Source of the DNA: Phoronis australis | Taxonomy: Eukaryota > Animalia > Phoronida | Direction of reading: 5' to 3' | Assembly (NCBI GenBank): GCA_002633005.1 | Contig: NMRA01000145.1 | Coordinates: 1 to 42,525 of the forward strand | DNA: 42,525 bases | Shown here: piece after piece, positions 33,586 to 42,525 of the stretch | Layout of the letters: every line of letters begins with the position of its first letter | Position numbering within the stretch: position 1 is the stretch's first letter | Program-made: the position numbers and the translations under genes | Notes under the pieces: model-generated | Database searches by the model: none | What the model saw: the letters and a program-made list of their open reading frames with translations, nothing else | What the model was told of the DNA's origin: nothing

Positions 33586-36500
33586 CTGAAAGAAAAAACC
33601 CTGAACTCACATGGTGCTGTTTGTAATCATATTGATCACTCTCTAGTTAACTAAGTCAGTATCTGCTACAATGGTTACAGTGATTGACACTTCCGCAGAA
33701 AAGTTATAATCAAATCAAATAAACAAGATGCCACTTGTTTTATAAACAAAAAATAATTAGTAGGAATTAGACAAGTTAAATCCTACGATAAAATCTAAAC
33801 ACTAATATCAATTTATTTGCATTACGTTGTCAACTGTTTTACCACAAAATAAGGCCAGCTCAATTGAAGCACAGATGATCAACAGAATACCACAAAATGC
33901 CATGTGCTAAACCGGTCAGAATTAGCAACAAGTCAAATCACGAAATCATTACAAATCACCAGCCAGATAGCTATAAACTCCTGACCAAACAAACAAAATC
34001 TCAATTTCATTGATGTGACCCCATCTGCAATCTGACGAAACTATGAGCTCATTATACACAGGGTGATGTAAAAGCAAAACCCATTAACATTAGGCAGACT
34101 TAAATCTCAGCCTATGGATGATCCTTGCACAAAGTTTTAACCATGCGAGTTAGTTTGCATTGAAATTTCATTCTTTCCCAGAATTCCCCGGTGCTAACCA
34201 TGTATTGCTTACATGATGCGTATTGCAAGTCATTACATGGATTACTTTTGATAGCTAATGACGTGTTTCGTGTTCCGTGTAAACAACCTTGTGTGTATTC
34301 TAAAAACACATTCACCTGACTTCAGTTCTTTGCTTACAAGTGATTCATTGCTTTATGTAACAAACCAGATTTGTTCTGATGAGCAGTACACACATGCTGG
34401 AATAACTCCTCTGCATGCTGCAGTGCGATTTTCTGTCAAACTTAATGATTTTTATTCTTTTAAAAAAGAATTAGAATCTAGAAAACATTAGACAAGATTT
34501 CTGGGTTCAGTTTTTGGGATCACCCTGTAAATAAAACACAAACGTGGAACTGGAAATCTGAACTTTGCATCAAATTCAATACTCACCGCGGCGACGTCAG
34601 CAGCGGTGACGGCGTCGATGGCTCGCACCAGTTCAGGGGCACTCTGTACCTGGCCGTGATAGAGGGCCTGCACTGCCAACTCCTCCACAGTGTCTGATGA
34701 ATTTTCCAGGGACATTTGGGCCACCGCACTCAGCCGAGTTCTGTGGAAAGAGAAGAATGAATAAAACAGTTCCACTGCACAATTATGTGCATTATGATTT
34801 CTATATTGGGACATGTATGTATTTTAATGACTAGTTTTGTTTCAATTTTGCATCAATCAGAAGATTCAGATTCTAATATAAAGCTAGTTAACAACATTTC
34901 AGTTTGCACTACATGAATGTCCATCGTGAAGCCAAAAGGCAGTACTTAACGTGTATTACACCATCTCAGCTTGTGTTATCTTAGCCTCCAAAAGACCCTC
35001 AAAGAAAGTTGAATGCAAACAACACTGAAATTTGACTGGTGGAGTGACTAAGTTAAACTTTTAGTTGTTACTGCATTGCCTACAACAATGAGTAGGACAA
35101 AATAATGGGCCAGAGTATAGTGCACTTCACCACTTCATAACCAAGAACCTTTCAATAAATTCCGTTTCCAACACCAAGTTATAAACAAACCCCTCCCCTT
35201 ACTTGGCTCTCTGTAGATCTTGTTCACTAACATTCTGGCTGGCAACTTGCCTGAACTGCTTCAGAGCTCCTTTCAGAACCTGAAATACCAAGAGCTATAA
35301 TGGTAACTACGCACTGAAAAGCAGTTGCTTAGCAACTATTGTGTAACCAAATAGAACACACAAATAGAACACAGGCTTCCAACAGTATTGAAATCAGAAT
35401 AAAGCGAACCTGACATAGTGGAATAAGGGTTCAGTATAAGGCCTAGAAAAAACATGTGGCTTCAAATTAATCGAAGATAACACAAAAATTCGAGAACATC
35501 AGCATTGAGTAAGCGGAGATTCTGAACAAAAAAACATCAAAATTGAAAAAGCAGCAACATTTGCAACTTTTACACAATGATCATAAGCGAGCAGAGATTG
35601 TGGGTGAAAGACACTTTAAAGAAGTAATGACTCATACCTGGGGACAAATTTGCCATCTGCGTTATGCTGTAGAGAGAGTAGAGTTACTAATAAGAAGTGA
35701 GTGTACTCACCGGACCAATGGCATCTGATGGAGCAATGGCGAACATGCCAAATAAACCGTTGTCAGAATAATTGGCATTGAAACATGAAACCTGTGGAGA
35801 AACAACAGTACGTATTTTTAAGACTCCGTTATTACTGGTCAATATCTACCAAACATTGGATGACCCAAAAAACAAACCCACAAAATTTTCAATAAAATTA
35901 TAAATTCTGATTTTTGATAGACCAAAATGACTAGTATGTCAAAAGAGCAACAAAAGACAGAAGTTAAATCTTGCTGAACTTGAAAGCCATAAAATTTTTA
36001 TTTAGTTCTGTTTTTATATAGGGTCAGGCTACACATAGACAACTTTCTGATAGTGACAGATAGCATATTGAGCCCGACTGTGCTTAACAGTGACTCGTAG
36101 CTGTGCAACCAAAGACATGCTGGTAGGCAAACCTCTCAAACTTCAATCAACTGTACAGTAAAAATTCAGTGACCAATTATCATTTACTGCGTGTCTCACA
36201 ACAACATAAGCAGGGCCATACTCACCGCAAACGGTGCATCCGTGTTCTCTGCTGCGCCATGGATGAGTTTGTTGGACGACTGACCACTGCCGTACTTCAC
36301 ATACGGACCGGTGCCCATCACGTGTTGTAAAACGGCGTGGGCCAACAGGTCTTTTGAACTGAACCTGTAACGTAGTGGTAATCGCCCGCATGACAGTGGA
36401 AAAAATATGTATGAAAATTGGTGAGATTTTTTTCAGACACTGCGCACAATTATTAGAACAAGAAGCGAGTAACATCTTTGGAGCTTACGCAGTGTGTCAT

Positions 36501-39500
36501 AATTCCTGTTTGAAGAATTATTTCTTTTTAAAAAAAGATTCCAAGTTCCTTCTATAGTAAGTAAAACATGTCAATTTGATCAAAACGTTTTTACTTATTA
36601 TAAGGTAAAATTTCCCTTCAAGGAACACCAATCAAGCAATAACAAATAATGTACAAGATTGTCATTAACAGCAATGCCTTTTCTCCTCCAAATTTAATCT
36701 ACAGTCATTTATTCTAAAATCACAAGACCTAAATTTCAGTAACTCACCCAGCACCTTCCATTGCTAGTACAGCATGGACTATCGGGTTGTCTGTCTCATG
36801 GCGGATTTCACCTGAAATGAGAAGAAACACGCCCTTTTACATCAACTCGAGACTAAAAGAGCCTGAAACAAAAAGCAATCATGTCTCACTGTTCTCAGAT
36901 TAACATTCACCACATTTTGATAAAACAAAAAACAAGTTTGTCAATGACAACATGGTCACAGGGAAATTGTAGAAAGAACCCTGTCATTAGAAAGTATGAA
37001 GAACTTCCATAGACATGAGAAACGAAAGATCATTGATTGCAAGATCGCAAAATTGTGACATGTATTACAAGCGAAGCACGTGACAACACTACCGTCCTCG
37101 TCGAGATTCTAGTGTCCATGAAACTCTACCAAGATTGAAGGTACTTACCTCCACCAAATTTTGCACCGACAAACTCACACGGACTGGTGCCTGGTGCCTG
37201 CACGTTTGAACATAGTTGGACCAGTTGGTTGTGATCGACACCGACACCAACGATGGCATAGTGCTTGTCGAGGTATGTTTGGTCCACAAACTCTGCCAAC
37301 TGCAATGCGATCAAGCCACTTGACAATTTACAGTTGTCTTCTTAGCACGAGTAAATCGTGAACAATTCATAATTGAAACATAGATTTTTGTACGTGGCAC
37401 CATCAATAACATGATAAAAAAAGGTTGCTCCAATTGGAATGATTCATAGTTCTAACGTAGACTTTTGTATTCGACACCATCAATAAGACTCCAGAAGAAA
37501 GTTTCTACAATTAACTGCAAGCCAAAAGTAAACCAAAGAATTAGCTGCATAAAAACCCAATACAGAGAAATGTGCAACCTAGGTTTCATTAACATACCAA
37601 GTTCGAATACATAATTCGGAAATGCTTGGAAAATTTGAAATTTTTCCAGTACCAATTTTAAGTTACAATAACAGGTTAAGGAAACGGAGCTCAATTGTAT
37701 AGTCACCACTACAGTCTTGGCATATCCACATGAGAATTAAGAAAGTTCATTATTGTTTGAATACAGGCAAATACGTGTACATTTTTGTAGTAGCACCATT
37801 CAGTAACCTTACCATGTCCGGCGTAAACTTGCCCAGCATGTAGTCTGGTGCGTAGAGTGAGTTGCCCAGTGTTTTCCTGAATGCAGCCTTGTGTGCCAAT
37901 TCGTAAGCCACTGGAACATGAATGGATATATCTGCACAATACTGGCTTCATCGAAGTTATGGTAAAAAAAGGAAGCCAACATACAGTACAAGACAAAAGT
38001 ATACAAAATACTGCTCCCCATCATGACGGCTAATTCTGTTAAACACAAAAAAGACTGGTTAAATAAATATTACAGCAGCAAAATTCTAATAAAAGAATGG
38101 CTTATCCATCTTACTATCTCGTTAATTCCCCTTCAATCAGTCATACTTGACTGTTTTCGTTAAGGTTAGGGCAAAAAAACCTGACAAAACTGAACAAAAA
38201 ACAACATCAAATCAATTCAAAATTAGTAGGAAATCTTTTTACCAAAATTTCGCCAATTTTCAATGAGAAGAAACCTAGTCAACATTTTTGAAAACTACTG
38301 AAACAGGGCTTTACATGTCTGGCTGCTGCTAGGTATTGTTCAGCCACTAGTTGAACTATAGAAATAGAACTTAATTGAGTCTTAACTGAATCTTGCTACT
38401 TACTTTTGTCAGGCTGTGTCTTCAAAACTGCCAATTCTTCGGCTATGCTCCCCTGGAAGTCCCGAACCTCCCATGCACGAAACAATGGTTCTGTAGAGGC
38501 TGATGTCAAGTATGGGACGCATTCATTTCTGCAAAAAATTAATGGTTCAACACCCATGCGAAACTTCATTCCAAACTACTTTAAAAAACATATGTTTGGC
38601 TCAGTGTCCACACCCAATTGTAATTTAGTCTCCCTTAATAGTGCCAGAGTCTTTGAGAATGCCAGTCGTACAAAAATTTCAGCTGCCAACAGTATGCAAC
38701 CCACTTACATTTGGGTAATAAATAATTAGTTTTGGGTGTGAAAATACCACATTTTTTACATGAGACATGAAATGGTGCGTTTCGATCATGTGCATTCTAA
38801 CATTAAATTACACGCATGTGCAAAACTAGTGAAGGGATTTCCATGACATAATGAACTGTTGGGGCAAAACCCCTATCCAGACTTCTCAAAATTTTCATCT
38901 TTTTAACACCAATGCCTGGCTTAACGCCCATCCACATACTTTGGAACTTCCCAAATTAAGCGTCCAGGGCATTAACTCTCAGGAACACGGTACTTTTGTG
39001 CCTAATGTCCAACTCAAAAGACATGCAGTAAATGTTGCTGGCTCATTCACTTCACCAAAACATGAATACAACAGCAACCTTGGACCACTAGGTCAGCAAT
39101 CTGTGTGCAGTACTTCTGTGGCATGTGCGAAGCCTATGCTATGAAGAGACATCTAAATTAAGTAGGGTGTATTTACCTAAACTCTGTGATTTAATCTAGC
39201 GGCAAAGTCAAGTAGGTTGAAAGTGCTCAAAAAGAGAAAAAGAGAGGTGTTGCAAGAAAAAGGAGGGAGCGAAAGGCTGGACAGACTCACTGAGGGAGAG
39301 GAAGAGAGATAGAGGGAGGGATGGCTACTTACAGGACGTCTCTCTTGCACTCCAGACTGTACATCATATAGTCCCTAGTACTGGTACATGTGATGTTGCC
39401 ACCGGCCTGTTGAACATTTCTGGCCAGACCAAAGGACGTGTGAGAGGCTGTGCTCTGCAAGGAAGACAGGAGACAATTATCTATTATTATGCAAATTGAT

Positions 39501-41021
39501 TCTTCAACAAAACGCAAACATTAAAATCTTTAAACAATGGCATTATGGAGAACATTTTGCTGTCAGTCAACCGTAAATGTATTCATTGATGTGAACTATA
39601 AACCACAATGCACCACAAACCCAACTCTCAGTTGTTCCTTTTCATGAATTTTTATAACCAAACTCTCGATGAAATGGTTTATTTACCTTGTCCGCGAGGG
39701 CCCTGATGCAATGGGTCAGTCCTTTGGTCTGAGTTTCCCAGCGTGCCCCAGCGTTGATGATACACGCTACACGGGACACTGGGGAGTAGTTCTCAATGGA
39801 GGCCACAACCAGGCCATTGGGAAGTTTGGATACCTGCAAAGAATGGTAAAGACTATGAAAATTACATACATCACAGTCACACCATCAAAACCAATACTAT
39901 GTATCAAAAAAGACCTATAGCTTCACTATAATAAAATGGGTCTCACGACATTCCTTAAGGAGTCAGGATTGTACATGCTTTGCTAACAACATCAAAATGA
40001 TCAGCGACTTAAGAAAATGCTTCGGAGTTTATTTAGGTTGGCCAACCCTACAACTGCAGATTTGAAAGTGGCGCAAGCCTGCATTGCCTGGTTTTTTCGG
40101 CAACAATTCAAAATTGGATGATAGTGGTAATGTTTTAAACTCCAAAGCATTTTGGTTAAGAGTTCAACATTAACAGCTAAACGAGCGAAAAGAACTGAAT
40201 TTAAAGATGAACCCATCAACACCATGTAGTAAATTACTGAAGTATCATGTGTGAAATTGCAATCCAAAAAAGAAACATTTCCCGCATTAAATGCACACAT
40301 TAAACTTGTTTGGCATGAACACTAAAAACACTATCACTAGAAAAAAAATAGCATGATAAAGATTTGATTCATAGATGTCACTTATGATGACTGTTGAATA
40401 AACAAACTTGAAAGAATTAAACTGATCAGTGTTCCATTATTGAAAAAGCACTGACTGAGTAGGTGTTCTGAGTATTCTAATTCCATTTCAAGAAAATAGG
40501 ACATACATGTCAACAAATCTGGGATTTTGTCCACATTATTTAATTTACAAAACTAAGCAGAGACTTTCTTAAATTAGCTGCCTCATCGCAAGTCTGAGAA
40601 TAAATGATGGAACGGCATTTGTGATTCACTGCCATACCGACCCATGTTTTTATTAAAAGCTTACCCCCACATGAAGTTAATATAACGCCAGATCATTACC
40701 CATTTGAAGCGTCGTCTGGAATTTTAGGTCCTTAAGTTTACCATGAATAAACTTGCTATATAAACACAAAATACTCTAGCAAAACTGAGACCAACACACA
40801 CAAAATTTCAAACTAAAGATTATCAGAATGGGCTCAGAATACCATAAACAAACGGATAGTTAGAAACCAAACGTTAATTTATATATTCAAGGCTTTGATG
40901 AGATATCATTTCTTTAACACACCCTAGCACAATACACACATACCTTTGTTTCTTGTTTTTGAAGAACTACCCGCTCTGGCTCTGCAACTTTAGTGGAGGC
41001 TTGCGCAGAGTACAATCGCCC
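33499..41021 (-). CDS. UQCRC2: Cytochrome b-c1 complex subunit 2, mitochondrial (core protein 2, inactive M16 peptidase fold); 5'-partial
   Basis: complement join(41021-40944,39833-39687,39454-39333,38528-38404,37910-37813,37299-37149,36811-36748,36364-36226,35791-35711,35279-35203,34740-34587,33585-33499); 440 aa. VSKLPNGLVVASIENYSPVSR, FRAWEV, LGNSLYAP, MGTGPYVKYG, FNANYSDNGLFG, C-term TPYLDELL. No HXXEH (GLTHCIRAL), as expected for core 2. Confidence 0.93.
34587..34740 (-). CDS. UQCRC2: UQCRC2 exon (TRLSAVAQM...IDAVTAADVAA)
   Basis: ccacag|, GCG|gtgagt. Confidence 0.9.
35203..35279 (-). CDS. UQCRC2: UQCRC2 exon (VLKGALKQF...DLQRAK)
   Basis: tttcag|, AA|gtaagg. Confidence 0.9.
35711..35791 (-). 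CDS. UQCRC2: UQCRC2 exon (VSCFNANYSDNGLFG...AIGP)
   Basis: ccacag|, CCG|gtgagt. Confidence 0.9.
36226..36364 (-). CDS. UQCRC2: UQCRC2 exon (FSSKDLLAHAVLQHVMGTGPYVKYG...PFA)
   Basis: ttacag|, GCG|gtgagt. Confidence 0.9.
36748..36811 (-). CDS. UQCRC2: UQCRC2 exon (GEIRHETDNPIVHAVLAMEGA)
   Basis: tttcag|, GG|gtgagt. Confidence 0.9.
37149..37299 (-). CDS. UQCRC2: UQCRC2 exon (LAEFVDQ...VGVGVDH...AKFGG)
   Basis: ttgcag|, G|gtaagt. Confidence 0.9.
37813..37910 (-). CDS. UQCRC2: UQCRC2 exon (AYELAHKAAFRKTLGNSLYAP...TPDM)
   Basis: ttccag|, ATG|gtaagg. Confidence 0.9.
38404..38528 (-). CDS. UQCRC2: UQCRC2 exon (NECVPYL...FRAWEV...QPDK)
   Basis: tttgcag|, A|gtaagt. Confidence 0.9.
39333..39454 (-). 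CDS. UQCRC2: UQCRC2 exon (STASHTSFGLARNVQQAGG...KRDV)
   Basis: ttgcag|, CT|gtaagt. Confidence 0.9.
39687..39833 (-). CDS. UQCRC2: UQCRC2 exon (VSKLPNGL...ALADK)
   Basis: tttgcag|, AAG|gtaaat. Confidence 0.92.
40944..41021 (-). CDS. UQCRC2: UQCRC2 exon (GRLYSAQASTK...KQETK), end of transit peptide
   Basis: ttacag|, AAG|gtatgt; RxYS cleavage-like motif; phase 0/0. Confidence 0.85.
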
Positions 41022-42005
41022 CTGTAATGAAAAAATACGATTCAATGAAAGTTAGTGAGTAATAATAAATGAGATTTTCGCTAATACTGACTAGATTAAA
41101 TACAAACCCCCTTTTCATCTAACACCGACCTTCTCTACCAAATTCTTAACCTAGAAATCTGATTTTCGAGTTGAAAAAATGTCAAATTTAATGTATCAAC
41201 CCTGTTTCGACCTCGTTTCTCCGACAAATTGATTTGATTCTAAACTTGAAACTTCAAGTTCCATACGAAATTTAAATCCATAGACATATAATGACATTAG
41301 TCTGCAACAGACTGGCTGGCAAGGTGTTACCTAACCAAGGTAGTTTTCACAGGGGTACACATCACTGATACACAGCCGAGATCCTTACATGGATGTTGGC
41401 TGTAAAAAGCCCATTTCTGACTGGCTGATAACATGGCTTTTGTATCTAGCGAGCAACTAAGACTAAGACTCTCCAAATGAGTTCTTGTTCAGTTCATAGA
41501 AAATTCAATGGCTTTTTCCAAAACTCAATTTCGTTGTGGGGATAAAGGAAAGTCTATCAGAAATAAATCGTATTTGTCAACATATCTTTGTTGGAAGGCC
41601 TCCAAGGGTGTCCCCTTACATGTTGCCGTGGCTAAGCTGTCACAGCCCAGGGCTTGATTTGACAACGTACAGGTTGCCAATGTGACCTCTGATTTTGGTA
41701 AAATTCCCAGATTGCCATTAAGTCTCCACATGTTACATCCTAGCATGCAATCAAAATAGAACTGAACAAATATAAGGCGGAATCGTTCAAGAAAAATCAA
41801 AAGGGCCCCATTGTGTTTGCCTGCCGCAGGAGGTGGCGCCTTACCACTACGTGTTAGATATTGGGCCCACTGCCACTAGTCCCATGGTTCCAACTTAAAC
41901 AAATAGGCACTGCCACTGGTTCTATATAACAGTCCCAGATTTAGACAATCAGACAAACAATAAGAAGCAGAAAACTGATTCCCTAAATCAAGGTCCACCA
42001 TATCC

Positions 42006-42147
42006 GACCAGAGTCAGAGCCCGAAAATCTCTTCTTTGAGTTTGGCTTTGCTTGGCAATCGCGATTTCTTACTGCCAGGTTCCTTCAATTTCATACAATG
42101 TAGAAATAGATAGTGAACAACCATCACATAATATGCAGACTCTGGTC
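42006..42147. mobile_element. Short MITE-like element with perfect 10-bp inverted ends
   Basis: GACCAGAGTC 42006-42015 / GACTCTGGTC 42138-42147. Confidence 0.45.
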
Positions 42148-42180
42148 CAACGGAAACGCTCGGAGGGTTATGGGAAAGTC

Positions 42181-42455
42181 ATTTGTTCGCCACCCACGCC
42201 GACAGGACGCAGCACAGGCGGGAACTGTCTGATCGACACTATTCCGGATTCGGCATTTTGCGATACTGTAGTGAGACGTCACTTGACCTGTCTCACTGCT
42301 GCGCTGGCCTTCTGCCGCGCGCGCCCTCTGTCGGCATCGAGAGACGACTGCTGCTCGTCTCGGAGACTGCCGACGTTGGCTGTCCGGCCCATATGCCGGT
42401 AATGGCCAATGAGGGCGCATCATGAATATTAATTAAGCGGCCCTGCGGCCGATAC
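42181..42455. other. GC-rich multi-stem structured element of unknown class (candidate ncRNA or palindromic repeat)
   Basis: At least 7 nested or adjacent complementary stems read by eye; see findings. Confidence 0.5.
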
Positions 42456-42525
42456 ACATGTTGGGATGCAGAGCGGCATTCGATACCCAGACCACACACC
42501 TAAGCAGAACTATTGAGCTCGACCA

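Noticed and set aside
41336-41434. ATG (41434) MLSASQKW... as UQCRC2 exon 1
   Set aside because: Its best donor (gtaagg) is phase 1 but phase 0 is needed; the phase-0 alternative gives a peptide unlike a transit peptide
1204-41800. Numerous short intronic or antisense ORFs in the track, including antisense to ABCA/UQCRC2 exons
   Set aside because: No homology recognisable, many start at non-ATG codons, no transposase or RT motifs; expected by chance
41803-41818. Minus-strand AAACACAATGGGGCCC resembles RNase MRP CR-V
   Set aside because: No matching CR-I (GAAAGTCCCC) upstream on the same strand within the 700 nt available
42372-42384. GACG-TTGGC-TGTC looks like a telomerase P6.1 stem-loop on +
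   Set aside because: No template (CTAACCCT-type) or U/A-tract pseudoknot upstream on +, and it competes with the longer CGTTGGC/GCCAATG stem
42321-42418. HDV-like, hammerhead or twister ribozyme fit for the GC-rich element
   Set aside because: Required cores (TCCNCGY L3, CTGATGA/GAAA, twister loops) not present in the right order
42220-42496. GGGAACTGTCTGA ... CCCAGACCAC resembles RNase P CR-I/CR-V on +
   Set aside because: Departs from the animal consensus GGAAGGTCTGAG/AATTCAGACTA, P4 pairing is broken, and CR-II to CR-IV are not evident
42052-42499. Several 68-116 aa ORFs at the right end
   Set aside because: By-products of high GC content; no recognisable domain and no splice support
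1-42525. CRISPR array or prokaryotic defence/operon system
   Set aside because: Sequence is clearly spliceosomal-intron eukaryotic DNA; tandem repeats have no repeat-spacer structure

Overview
Eukaryotic, intron-rich animal genomic DNA, AT-rich, probably a marine invertebrate (inference from gene structure and repeat types). Two convergent protein-coding genes. (1) A complete ABCA-subfamily transporter, ABCA3-like, on + with 18 coding exons at 3259-27973 (about 1742-1750 aa; all intron phases reconcile by hand). (2) UQCRC2 (complex III core protein 2) on - with 12 exons at 41021-33499; its first exon was not found. Introns and intergenic DNA carry many decayed non-autonomous DNA elements (Kolobok-like, Harbinger-like, hAT-like, Helentron/HINE-like) and a tRNA-derived SINE remnant. 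A ~0.9 kb duplication of the ABCA first coding exon across a single N is most likely a haplotype assembly artefact. Best leads: a GC-rich, heavily base-paired ~280-nt element at the right end; a recursive-splice-like CAG|GTAAGT exon start; a duplicated decoy splice acceptor with an immediate stop; and possible ABCA3-family/UQCRC2 adjacency shared with mammals. No prokaryotic-type system (CRISPR, operon) is present.
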